From: an uncultured delta proteobacterium
GTDB taxonomy: Bacteria; Desulfobacterota; Desulfobacteria; Desulfobacterales; B30-G6
DNA: 64,000 bases
Assembly: GCA_963823335.1 (NCBI GenBank)
Contig: CAWGLD010000005.1
Location: 1 to 64,000, forward strand
Direction: 5' to 3'
Below, in pieces: positions 1 to 9,782 of the stretch. Both the position numbers and the translations under genes were made by a program. The notes under the pieces are model-generated. The model was not told where the DNA came from. It saw only the letters and a list, made by a program, of their open reading frames with translations, and did no database searches. How positions within the stretch are numbered: position 1 is the first letter of the stretch; every line of letters begins with the position of its first letter.

Positions 1-395
1 TATTAAAATGAACATAACAATATAATATTACGTTATAAATTAGACAAATAGTGTTTGGTTTAATCTCTTACTGTAATGTCGAAACATTGGTGTAGGGATA
101 TAAGTCATGTCTTCTGTTACAAACCTGCCTAAAGAACCTACCAGGGTCACACAAGTCTAATAATATAATTTCATTGACAAATTTTGTGTCGAAAGATGAA
201 GCTTTCCTGACAATATTGTATCACAAGATTTACTTGACCTGACACCTACTGTTTATGGTATCTGTAATTTGGTCAAGATGATGATTATCTCCATCTATCT
301 GTTACTGGAATACAACTGGATTCCCATAATTAAATTCGTATGATTCAAACTCAATACACTTTCTATTAATTGATAGCTCAACCAGGACGGGAATA

Positions 396-1196
396 ATGAA
401 AATTTATATTAGTGCTGACATTGAAGGGACCACAGGGATTGCGCATTGGGACGAAGCTGATCGTTCAAAATCTGATTATAAAGAATTTCAATCACAGATG
501 ACTGCCGAGGTGAAAGCAGCATGTGAGGGGGCAAATCAAGCAGGTGCGAAAGAAATAATAATTAAAGATGCGCATGGGTCAGGCCGAAACTTGATTGTTT
601 CTGAATTGCCTGAAAATATAAAGATAATCAGAGAATGGAGTGGCCATCCATTTTCCATGCTGCAAGGAATCGACGATTCGTTTGCTGCTGCAGTGTTTAC
701 TGGTTATCATTCGAGGGCTGGTTCTGATGCGAATACTCTGGCACATACATTAAGAGAAGACTACATGTATATCAAAATTAATGGATGTTACGCCTCGGAG
801 TTTTTGATCAATGCATATACTGCTGCCTATGTTGGAGTCCCTGTGGTAATGGTTACGGGTGATAGGGGTATGTGCGAAGAGGCTAAAAGAATTATTCCGA
901 ATATCACAACAGTTGTGGTCAACGAAGGCGAAGGTTCATCGACAATTAGCATTCACCCAACCAAAGCAGTTAACAAGATAAAGAGTACATCAAAGAAAGC
1001 CCTTTCGGGGAATTTCAGTAAATGTAAACTCAAGCTTCCATCAAAATTTGAGATGGAAATTCTTTTTATCGACAACCGAAAAGCGTATAAGAACTCTTTT
1101 TATCCTGGCGCTGAAATGCTTGATGTTAGTACCATTCGTTTTCAATGCGAAGACTATTTTGATATTTTGAGATTTATATCGTTTACCTCACACTGA
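396..1196 (+). CDS. M55 family D-aminopeptidase (DppA-like metallopeptidase)
   Basis: N-terminal MKIYISADIEG (DxE metal ligands), DAHG, GYHSRAG and LAHT motifs typical of peptidase M55. Confidence 0.9.
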   Translation: MKIYISADIEGTTGIAHWDEADRSKSDYKEFQSQMTAEVKAACEGANQAGAKEIIIKDAHGSGRNLIVSELPENIKIIREWSGHPFSMLQGIDDSFAAAVFTGYHSRAGSDANTLAHTLREDYMYIKINGCYASEFLINAYTAAYVGVPVVMVTGDRGMCEEAKRIIPNITTVVVNEGEGSSTISIHPTKAVNKIKSTSKKALSGNFSKCKLKLPSKFEMEILFIDNRKAYKNSFYPGAEMLDVSTIRFQCEDYFDILRFISFTSH

Positions 1197-1226
1197 TGAA
1201 ATCAGCTTTATGGTAGTGGGAATACC

Positions 1227-1340
1227 CCAACAAAAACAAAGATATCAACCCCCTAAAATTTACCGGTTTGATAAAAGAATCACAACCGACCAAATCTTGC
1301 ATTCATAGGCCCTATCGTGGTACCGTGGGGATGCCCAAAT
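1227..1340. repeat. ~115-bp dispersed non-coding repeat, copy A (copy B at 9861-9975)
   Basis: CCAAC.AAAACAAAGATAT...CCCCTAAAATTT.ACCGGT...AAAAGAATCACAAC.GACC..ATCTTGCATTCATAGGC shared between both loci. Confidence 0.85.
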
Positions 1341-1404
1341 TGCAAATCGGCATGCAATAATGACCCACCTTTAGCCCTAATCGGCATCCAAAATTGACCC
1401 ACCT
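1341..1404. mobile_element. IS21-family terminal remnant (no transposase)
   Basis: Starts TG and has two tandem copies AATCGGCATGCAATAATGACCCACCT / AATCGGCATCCAAAATTGACCCACCT, resembling the repeated transposase-binding sites at IS21-family ends. Confidence 0.6.
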
Positions 1405-1454
1405 GTAACATTCCTCTATTTTGCGGTGGTATCGCAAAAGGAGGGTTTACAGGA

Positions 1455-1489
1455 GAGAGGATTTGAACCTCCGACCCCTTGAACCCCAT
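1455..1489 (-). repeat. att-like direct repeat: 35-bp copy of the tRNA-Pro anticodon-loop-to-T-arm segment
   Basis: GAGAGGATTTGAACCTCCGACCCCTTGAACCCCAT is identical to 14348-14382. Confidence 0.9.
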
Positions 1490-1989
1490 ATAAAACCCAA
1501 TGGTTTCTATAACTATATGAAAACACTTAAGTAATTTGATTTATTCCCTTCCTGTTGTATAAACTATACAAACAATAGAAACAAAATAAACTATTATAGG
1601 CACAAATGGGCACAGAATAGAAGGTGACACTTGTCTGTACCTGCAAGCGGAATAAAAGCATATAAAATGGGTGCGAAGTATCTGTAAAAATTATGGAAAC
1701 CTTTGTGTAGTATGACCAACAGCAGTTTTAATAAATTAAAATACTGGCAAAGGACTAAAAAACTTGATCCATTGTACTTAATAGTGTATACATTTAAATC
1801 AGACTTAAATCACATCTGTGCTGAAACTCATTTCATTACTGTTACTCCCCTTGAATTCAAACTCGAGCTGCTTCTACACATGTAAAAGATATCACTTTCT
1901 TTGTATTATCGACGAATCAATATGAAGATTGTTGTATCTGTCCCACCCATCTTTTTTATATTGACAACTTTCATTGATGGGGGATTTAA

Positions 1990-4900
1990 ATGCCACCTAT
2001 CAGGAGCAGATCCATCTCTATCGCAAAGATAAACCGACCGGTACTCACCCGTGCCTTTTTTAGAGAACGCCTATTTAGAATATTTGATAAGAAGAGAGAA
2101 GCCCCGGTTCTTTGGGTTTCCGGACCTGCCGGGTGCGGAAAAACTACGCTTGTTTCCAGTTATTTAGATTCAAGAAACCTTCCCTGTATCTGGTATCAGG
2201 TTGATCCTGAAGATGCCGATCCTGCCACATTTTTTTACTATTTTGGTATGGCAGCAGAACGTTTAATGAAAGAGGACCAAGGTCAACTGCCTTTACTTAC
2301 ACCGGAAAGAACCCCGGGTATTTATGATTTTTCAAAAAGATATTTTGAAGATCTTTGGAATAAAATCATTTTACCCGGCACGATCATATTTGACAACTTC
2401 CAGAACGTTCATCCTGAGTCTCCATTTATTAAAATAGTCTGTCAGGCCTTCCGGACAGTCCCAAAGAAATCCAACATAATCATTCTGAGTAGGAACAGAC
2501 CTTCCGAATCTCTGTCCAGGCTGCAGGCTAATCAAACGATTAAGAACATAGGCTGGAATGATATTCGTTTGGATATTGAAGAAACGATGGCAATAGCAGG
2601 CCTTCAAGCAAAAAACGAGATCTCAAAAGAGACCTTGTCGCGACTTCACAAGGCAACAAATGGTTGGGCTGCAGGACTTATTTTGATGCTCATTCAAGCA
2701 GATTTGGAGGAGCTGGATTTAGGCAATATCGGTAAATTGCCTTCACAAGAAGTATTCAACTATTTTTCCGAGGAAGTTTTTAAAAACATTGATAAAGACA
2801 TACAGGATTTTTTACTGAAAACCGCATTGGTACCATACATGACCGTGTCAATCGCTAAATCTCTATCTGGGAATAAGCATGCGGGTCAAATATTGGCCTT
2901 GCTGAATCGAAACCAGTTGTTTACGGAAAAGAGGTTTCAAAACAGACTGATATATCAATATCACCCATTGTTTCGAAATTTTCTCAATTATTATTCCCGG
3001 CAAGTGTATGATAAAGGAAGCTTCCCTGAGCTACTAAAGCAAGCAGGCAGCTTAATGAAGCAAATCGATGATCATAATGCCGCCGTTGATCTTTATAAAT
3101 CATCGGGGGACATGGAATCAATCAGCCGGATTGTTTTAGAAAATGCGCAGAAGATGCTGTTTCAGGGTAGAAGCCAAACCTTGTTACAATGGTTGTCATG
3201 TCTCCCTGAAAAAATATTAAAAAAGTCGGGTTGGCTCTCTTATTGGACAGGGGTATGCCAAATCGCAACGGATCCTGTCGATAGCAAGCATCGTTTTGAA
3301 AAGGCCTTGGAATCTTTTCAAAATCAAAATGATACTGCCGGGGCGCTGCTCTCCTGGTCAGGTCTCGTTGAGTCGATAATTTTTGAAGGAATCGACTATA
3401 GCCTTCTTGATCGATATATTGATGAAGTCGACGCATTAAAAAAACAATATAATGCATGTCCTTCAGAAGAGGTCAAGCTCCGAACCGCATCCATCATCTT
3501 TGCCGCTCTATTATACCGCAGGCCGAATCCGGAAATCCTGGAATTCTGGGCCAAACAGATTATGGCATATGCTGATAAATCATCTGACCTGAACGCAAAA
3601 GCACAGGCTTACTATATGTTCATGTTCGCTAATGTAGTTATCGGACGGGTTGAAGAAGCATTTTATCTTACCGAAAGGTTGAAAAATATCTCAAGCCATC
3701 AAAATGCCCCCCCTCTTTGTAAAATTATTTCATTTGCAGGACAAGCTGGATTTTTCCAGATGACAGGGGAGCATGATAAATGCATTCAAGCCGTAAGGAA
3801 AGGAATGACGTTTTCTTCTGCCACCGGTATTCATATCATGGATATTTTGACTCTGGGGCAGGGGTTGTGGGTCAGTCTGAATGTTAACGATGTCAAATCT
3901 GCCGAAAGTTATGCTCGTAAGCTCAGGCGTCTCCCAGAAAGGAAGAACAATCTGGATGGGTCTTTTTACTATTACTTGCTGACGCGCTACTCACTCATGT
4001 TGAACGATATTGATCAAGCTCTTTTGTACGCAGTCACATCATTAAAAATGTCAGAACAACTCGGTTGTCCCTACGCTATCTGCTATGCGCTATTGACAAA
4101 AGCTCAAGTCTGGCACGCGTTGAACAAGCAGGAGGCAAAAGATTGTCTTGCCGAGGCATTGAAAATTGCACGTAAATGGAAAAGCAGCGTTCATGAATTT
4201 AATGGACTGCTGATTAAAGCCCATTTTGAATTGAGTCGGGGCGACAAAAAGCAGTCTCTGGCATCGTTGAGAAAAGCACTGAAAATTGGCAGAAAGTCAC
4301 ATTATTTCTGTGCACAAGTTATAAACGTTAAGGCATTAGCGAATCTTTGTACAATTGCCACTGAGGCCAACATTGAAACTGCTTATATAAATGAACTTAT
4401 CAAAAAACAGAAGTTAACGCCCGCCAGCCCACCTCTTCATATAGACAACTGGCCCTGGCCGGTTAAAATATTTAGCCTGGGAAGATTTGAAATCGTGATC
4501 GATGGCAAGCCTGTTGCCGGTTCCGGCAAGGGGAATATCATGCCCTTCAATATGATCAAGACGCTCATCGCCTTGGGTGGGAGACAGGTCGCTGAGGAAC
4601 GGATTGCAGATATACTGTGGCCTGATGCAGATGGTGATGTTGCGCATCAGAATTATGCTACGACCCTGCATCGATTAAGAAAGATGGTTCATGTAAAAGG
4701 GGCTTTCGTGCATAAAGACGGGTGTCTCACTTTAAATCAAAGAAAATGCTGGACTGACGTATGGGCATTTGAACGTCTTGCCGGACAGGCTGACGTTGCC
4801 TGGTCTGATGGTACTTGCGTGAAGAATCCCGATGATGCCCTTGCCTTAACAGAAAAAGCCATAGAATTTTATAAAGGAACTTTTTTATCGTCCCAACCTG

Positions 4901-5211
4901 AAGAAAGCTGGGTGTTTTCTAAGCAAGAGCAGCTCAGAGGCAAATTTTTACGATGTGCCATCAACCTCGGGACTTTTTATGAAAAATCTAAAAAGTTTGA
5001 CAGCGCCATTGGATGCTACCTGAAATGCCTTGAAAAAGAGGATCTTCTTGAAGAAGTCTATCGCCATCTGATGGTCTGCCAGGTGAAATCCAATCAGAAA
5101 AATCAAGCCGTTTTAACCTACAACAGGTGTTGTGATACTTTTTCAGCTTGCCTGGGAATCGCTGTCTCAGAAGAAACCCATCTTTTATACGATAAAATAA
5201 CCCATACATAA
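1990..5211 (+). CDS. MalT-like (STAND ATPase/TPR) transcriptional activator with C-terminal SARP-type DNA-binding and BTAD domains
   Basis: Walker A GPAGCGKTT, MalT-like GWAAGL and YQYHPLF motifs, C-terminal LWPDADGD...TLHRLRK...WTDVWAFE and BTAD-like tail. Confidence 0.85.
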   Translation: MPPIRSRSISIAKINRPVLTRAFFRERLFRIFDKKREAPVLWVSGPAGCGKTTLVSSYLDSRNLPCIWYQVDPEDADPATFFYYFGMAAERLMKEDQGQLPLLTPERTPGIYDFSKRYFEDLWNKIILPGTIIFDNFQNVHPESPFIKIVCQAFRTVPKKSNIIILSRNRPSESLSRLQANQTIKNIGWNDIRLDIEETMAIAGLQAKNEISKETLSRLHKATNGWAAGLILMLIQADLEELDLGNIGKLPSQEVFNYFSEEVFKNIDKDIQDFLLKTALVPYMTVSIAKSLSGNKHAGQILALLNRNQLFTEKRFQNRLIYQYHPLFRNFLNYYSRQVYDKGSFPELLKQAGSLMKQIDDHNAAVDLYKSSGDMESISRIVLENAQKMLFQGRSQTLLQWLSCLPEKILKKSGWLSYWTGVCQIATDPVDSKHRFEKALESFQNQNDTAGALLSWSGLVESIIFEGIDYSLLDRYIDEVDALKKQYNACPSEEVKLRTASIIFAALLYRRPNPEILEFWAKQIMAYADKSSDLNAKAQAYYMFMFANVVIGRVEEAFYLTERLKNISSHQNAPPLCKIISFAGQAGFFQMTGEHDKCIQAVRKGMTFSSATGIHIMDILTLGQGLWVSLNVNDVKSAESYARKLRRLPERKNNLDGSFYYYLLTRYSLMLNDIDQALLYAVTSLKMSEQLGCPYAICYALLTKAQVWHALNKQEAKDCLAEALKIARKWKSSVHEFNGLLIKAHFELSRGDKKQSLASLRKALKIGRKSHYFCAQVINVKALANLCTIATEANIETAYINELIKKQKLTPASPPLHIDNWPWPVKIFSLGRFEIVIDGKPVAGSGKGNIMPFNMIKTLIALGGRQVAEERIADILWPDADGDVAHQNYATTLHRLRKMVHVKGAFVHKDGCLTLNQRKCWTDVWAFERLAGQADVAWSDGTCVKNPDDALALTEKAIEFYKGTFLSSQPEESWVFSKQEQLRGKFLRCAINLGTFYEKSKKFDSAIGCYLKCLEKEDLLEEVYRHLMVCQVKSNQKNQAVLTYNRCCDTFSACLGIAVSEETHLLYDKITHT

Positions 5212-5243
5212 AAACATACCTAATTCCGCATAAATATTTAAGC

Positions 5244-5277
5244 TGTAACCTATTTGTAACTTTTTATATTCTATAAT
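5244..5277 (+). promoter_or_regulatory. TGTAAC direct repeat (11-bp period) followed by TATAAT -10 box; candidate activator-dependent promoter
   Basis: TGTAAC at 5244 and 5255, TATAAT at 5272. Confidence 0.6.
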
Positions 5278-5350
5278 CCTACCAAAGAATATTCTAGGCA
5301 ATCCAAGATAGATAAGCCTCTCCATTTCACACACCTAAAAAATAAAAAAA

Positions 5351-5748
5351 ATGAAACCGCATCCTTTCCTTGAGAACAGGAAAAGCAAGCGCATTCGACA
5401 TAATTCCCAGGTGATATTTACCTGTGATACTTCAAGAAACGTGATTCTTGGGGCAGAAACGATCGATTGCAGTAAAGACGGGGTGCGTTTGAGCTCGAGC
5501 TATTTGCCTGAACATGCAGCTGAAATTTATATCGCATGGACCGACCAGGATGATTTTCCTGACATTTTGGATAAAACGATAAGAGAACAGAACATATGGA
5601 ACCATATGGTGAGTACATGGCCTGTTCCGGGAAAATTGTCTGGTCAAAAAAAGATGTCAGCTCGGAATTGAATTTTTTTTATATAGGGGTCGAAATTGAA
5701 AAATGGGATGTTGAGTTCCCCACACCATACCTTGGTGATCGCTCTTAA
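5351..5748 (+). pseudogene. PilZ-like protein, frameshifted near 5573-5576
   Basis: RKSKR and DCSKDG motifs in the first frame; a second frame continues KRTEHMEPYGEYMACSGKIVWSKK...YIGVEIE to TAA at 5746-5748. Confidence 0.65.
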
Positions 5749-5772
5749 CACTTTAATAAAGGAGGCAGAGCA

Positions 5773-6273
5773 ATGAATAGATCAAAATTATTTATCGTCA
5801 CAATTGTGATTGTGTTCGTATTTGGATTTGCCGCACTTGACTTTGCAGCTGCGGGAGAGAAGCAAGATATGAAGGCACATGGTGCAAACTATATGACAGT
5901 GATGCATCAACTTGAGGTTGGAGACGAAGAGGGGCATGTTTTGATAATATATGAGCAGAAGGCAATCTATTTTAATGAAATCACCGGGGAGAGGGCGGCT
6001 GACAGGGGTGTGGGCTTTATGGATGTTAACCCCAACAAACCTGGAGAGATCTTCAATCAAGGTTATGGCGTATATACAGACAAAGATGGCGATAAAATAA
6101 TCAGAACGTATAAAGGAAAACCCATCGCAGAAGGCCAGTGGGAAGGAGTCTGGACGGTAAAAAGTGGTACAGGCAAATATGATGGGGCGAAAGGTGGCGG
6201 AACCTGGACCAGTTTTACGATAGCGCCCAAACAAAGCTATGTGGAAGTGGCAGGTGAAGTCGAGACACCCTAG
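5773..6273 (+). CDS. Secreted hypothetical beta-strand-rich protein
   Basis: AAGGAGG RBS, signal peptide ending AAA, DKDGDKI and SGTGKYDGAKGGG motifs. Confidence 0.75.
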   Translation: MNRSKLFIVTIVIVFVFGFAALDFAAAGEKQDMKAHGANYMTVMHQLEVGDEEGHVLIIYEQKAIYFNEITGERAADRGVGFMDVNPNKPGEIFNQGYGVYTDKDGDKIIRTYKGKPIAEGQWEGVWTVKSGTGKYDGAKGGGTWTSFTIAPKQSYVEVAGEVETP

Positions 6274-6302
6274 CTGCAGACCCTAAAAAGGAGGCCCAAA
6301 AA

Positions 6303-8018
6303 ATGAAAAAGATATCAATAACAATGGTAACGATAGTTGTCTTAATATTTTTTGGATTGACCACATCTTCTGCGGCAGATGGATTCCCGACAGTTGTCAA
6401 AACAAAGTATGGAAAAGTTATGGGTTTTGAGGATGCAAACGACACCATAGCCTGGAAAGGTATTCCTTTTGCCAAACCACCACTGGGTAAACTTCGCTGG
6501 AAGGCGCCCGTCGGTCCTGATACATGGTCAGGTGTGAGGCAGGCTACAGAATTTTGTGATGCATGCCCACAGTATGTTCAGGTTCTTGGACAGCCTAACG
6601 TTTTCTCTTTTGCGGGAAGTGAAGATTGCCTCTATCTTAATGTGTGGAGACCTGATTCTGAAGAGACTGATCTGCCCGTCTACTTCTGGATACATGGCGG
6701 CGGAAATTCAACAGGAGCTTCTTCCGTAAAAACCTATGATGGTGCGTATTTGGCCAATCAAAGCAATTTGGTTGTGGTGAGCATCAACTACAGGCTCGGT
6801 CCCCTGGGGTGGTTTACCCACCCGGCATTAAGAAAAGGTAAGGGCAAATCCTTAAGTAATTCAGGTAATTTTGGCACGCTTGATATAATAAAGGCACTCA
6901 AATGGGTAAAGGGAAACATTGAAGCCTTTGGCGGCGATCGGAAAAACATTACAATTGCCGGTGAATCAGCAGGTGGTACAAATGTTTTATCCCTTATCGT
7001 TTCACCCTTGGCTGGGAAACACAAGCTATTCCACAAGGCCATCTCACAAAGCGGACCATTTACTGAAATTGGAGATACAATTACAATATCAGAGGTTGAT
7101 GCAGGTGAACTTCACGCCAATCAAGTAATAAGGAATCTTTTGATCAATGATGGCGCCGAAGAAGGGGAAGCGCAAAATATGCTTGATGGGATGACCGACA
7201 AGGAAATCAGAAATTATTTAGCCGAAAAATCTGCGAAAGACATATTTGGGACCTACGAGCCAGGCGCTGGTGGCATGATTACCTTTCCCTATTGTTTTAA
7301 GGACGGCACCGTCATTCATAAAGATGGCACAAGAGCATTGGGTGACCCGGAAGAATACAATCAGGTTCCAATGATTCTTGGATCCAATAAGGAAGAACAC
7401 AAACTTTTTATGGCTGGAAGTTATCCTACGTTCGAATTAGGTTACTATTCCTATTACAATAACTATTACTTTTATCCCAACAATGGATTTTATTTGAGTT
7501 ATGATTCTTTTTATCAAGGATATGCGGAGAACACGACAAACTCATGGTGGAAGCCCATTTGTGTTGATAATATTGCCACTATAGCAGCAGATCCCTCAAA
7601 ACCTGATATATATGTTTATCGATTCGATTATGGGGCATACAGTTACATAAACTATCTGGATGGAGATACAGTATACCCATTACCCTTCGGATATAATGCC
7701 TGGCCAGTAGATTCTACCTGGCAAACAAAACCTGCCTTGAGGTTTGGTGCAGGCCATGCCTTGGATATTCCTTTTTTTATGGGCAATTATTTCTACTATA
7801 ACCTTGAGGGACTTATTTTCAGAACCGACAACAGAATCAGTTGGGAGGCGCTAACTCACGACATGATGGCGTATGTCAAAAATTTTGCTTACACAGGGGA
7901 CCCGAATGGTTTAGGGCTTGAAGAATGGGAACCCTGGTCGAACGAAGAGGGTGGACCAAAGCGAATCCTGTTAGATGCTGACCTGAATGGTGCTGATATT
8001 GTTATGATCTATGAATAA
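6303..8018 (+). CDS. Secreted type-B carboxylesterase/lipase
   Basis: Signal peptide; GIPFAKPP, SEDCLYLNVW, WIHGGG, GESAG (Ser), GSNKEE (Glu), GAGHALD (His). Confidence 0.92.
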   Translation: MKKISITMVTIVVLIFFGLTTSSAADGFPTVVKTKYGKVMGFEDANDTIAWKGIPFAKPPLGKLRWKAPVGPDTWSGVRQATEFCDACPQYVQVLGQPNVFSFAGSEDCLYLNVWRPDSEETDLPVYFWIHGGGNSTGASSVKTYDGAYLANQSNLVVVSINYRLGPLGWFTHPALRKGKGKSLSNSGNFGTLDIIKALKWVKGNIEAFGGDRKNITIAGESAGGTNVLSLIVSPLAGKHKLFHKAISQSGPFTEIGDTITISEVDAGELHANQVIRNLLINDGAEEGEAQNMLDGMTDKEIRNYLAEKSAKDIFGTYEPGAGGMITFPYCFKDGTVIHKDGTRALGDPEEYNQVPMILGSNKEEHKLFMAGSYPTFELGYYSYYNNYYFYPNNGFYLSYDSFYQGYAENTTNSWWKPICVDNIATIAADPSKPDIYVYRFDYGAYSYINYLDGDTVYPLPFGYNAWPVDSTWQTKPALRFGAGHALDIPFFMGNYFYYNLEGLIFRTDNRISWEALTHDMMAYVKNFAYTGDPNGLGLEEWEPWSNEEGGPKRILLDADLNGADIVMIYE

Positions 8019-8053
8019 GCCATGCAAAGTTAAAATAGAAAGGAGGTTAAAAA

Positions 8054-9280
8054 ATGAAAAAATCAGCGATTACTATAATTTTTTGCGCTATGGCAATGTT
8101 GATAATGCCGCAACAATTGCATGCCAAAGTTAAGCAATTGCTCTCACCTCATGAACTAAAAGCATGGATTGATAATGGGTACCTCACCAATAACAAAAAA
8201 AAGGTAGTTATCCTTGATACAGGCTGGGACTGGTCCAATCCTCCGACCTGTGATCAGCGTGCTGTTTATGACCTTGGGCATATTCCTGGTGCCTATTATG
8301 TTCCCGGATCCATGTTGTATGGTGGGAACTTGGGGTCACCTCGCACAGATGGTCCCATAAACGTTCAGGGACTTGTCCCTACCGGTCCTCTAATGGATTG
8401 GATCATTCAGCCACTTGGAATAGACAAGGATACTGTGATTGTTTTTACCGGGAGCGAAGTGTGGAATACGACCCGTGCATACTGGGTTTTTCGATATTGG
8501 GGGTTTAGCCGGAATCAGCTTTTTATATTAAATGGCGAAGCGAACGGTTCCAACACCTTTCAAGGATCGACATTGTGGAGATCGGTATGGGAGGACGCTG
8601 GGTATGAGTTGGAAACCCAAGAACCTCAGCTACCGGAACCATCAACTTTTAGCGTCAGTGAATTTAAAGGTAACATGGACAACGTTCGAGCATCAACCGA
8701 AGAATTTTTTATGGTGGCTGAAGGAGGAATTCCCAGAGCGGTGGTTTTCGACAGCAGAGCTCAATATGATTGGAATGCGGTCATACCCATCCCAGGTTGG
8801 AACGATACGCATGTATTTGCTTTCCGTGTCAAAAATTCTATATGGGTAAACCAGGCTGAATTTTTCGTTGAAAACGCAAATGGAACACATGTTTTTAAAT
8901 CGAAAGTTAACATAATAAAAATGCTCAAAGACAGAGATAAAAATATACTCAGATATACGCCTTACAGCTTCTGTCTTGGCGGGGGTTGGGCAACAGTATG
9001 TTTCTTCGCATATGACGCGATCCTGAAGCGTCCTGCGAAAATACATGATGGTTCATTACTGGAGTTGGGGCAGTTGGGTTTTCTGCAAGATTTGGATCTG
9101 CAAGATTTGGCTCTGCCGGAGGATTCACCGTGGCGTTTCGATACAAGCAGGTATTGTTCAATTATTCATTATAATGATCCCTTAAATGTAGTACCGCCAG
9201 ATATTGCAGATGCTTATGCGCCATCAGCGAACCTGGTAAATGAAGAAGACCAAGATTACTACGTTGGGAAAAAACATTAG
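8054..9280 (+). CDS. Secreted tandem rhodanese-domain sulfurtransferase (ExtH-like)
   Basis: Signal peptide; YDLGHIPGA, TRAYWVFRYWG, putative active loop FCLGGGWA, IHDGS. Confidence 0.75.
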   Translation: MKKSAITIIFCAMAMLIMPQQLHAKVKQLLSPHELKAWIDNGYLTNNKKKVVILDTGWDWSNPPTCDQRAVYDLGHIPGAYYVPGSMLYGGNLGSPRTDGPINVQGLVPTGPLMDWIIQPLGIDKDTVIVFTGSEVWNTTRAYWVFRYWGFSRNQLFILNGEANGSNTFQGSTLWRSVWEDAGYELETQEPQLPEPSTFSVSEFKGNMDNVRASTEEFFMVAEGGIPRAVVFDSRAQYDWNAVIPIPGWNDTHVFAFRVKNSIWVNQAEFFVENANGTHVFKSKVNIIKMLKDRDKNILRYTPYSFCLGGGWATVCFFAYDAILKRPAKIHDGSLLELGQLGFLQDLDLQDLALPEDSPWRFDTSRYCSIIHYNDPLNVVPPDIADAYAPSANLVNEEDQDYYVGKKH

Positions 9281-9313
9281 AGATTCAAATTCAAAATAGT
9301 TCTTGCAACAAGC

Positions 9314-9781
9314 ATGATGATAAGCAAATGGGGAAAGCTGTCGGAAACGGTTATCCGTGTAGCCAAACAATCGATTGAACGTTTCAAAGGTAATCTGAAA
9401 GCATTGTTTAGGAAAGGGCGTGGTCGCAATCTGGCCTGGTTTATCCGGAAGGATCTTAATCCGGTACTTCGGGGATGGAGCAACTATTTCCGATTAACGG
9501 AGTTTTTAGGGTTCGCGGAGGAATTGGATCAGTGGTTGCGTCGCCGACTGCGGTGCATCCTCTGGCGGCAGTGGAAACGGCCCTGGAAGCGCTTTCAGAT
9601 GCTGATGAAACACGGACTGTCAGAAGAGCGGGCAGCCCGGTCTGCGTTCAATCAGCGGGGGTCGTGGTTCAATGCTGGATCATCGCACATGAACCAAGCC
9701 TTTCCAAAACGTTACTTTGATCAGTTTGGGCTTATCTCATCGCTTTCGACGTTGCAAAGGTTTGGATCGGTATTAAGATGA
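9314..9781 (+). pseudogene. Group II intron RT/maturase C-terminal (domain X) fragment
   Basis: LNPVLRGWSNYFRL...LDQWLRRRLRCILWRQWKR; RT domains and YADD absent. Confidence 0.88.
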
Positions 9782-9782
9782 A

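Noticed and set aside
11-40. dif/Xer-like site (ATAATATTACGTTATAAAT)
   Set aside because: Spacing does not match the 11-6-11 layout, and the context is very AT-rich
1280-1489. 69-aa minus-strand ORF
   Set aside because: Translation of the tRNA fragment, IS end and repeat
9083-9112. 15-bp tandem duplication in the rhodanese gene (LQDLD LQDLA)
   Set aside because: In-frame micro-duplication with only two units; no sign of a variable array
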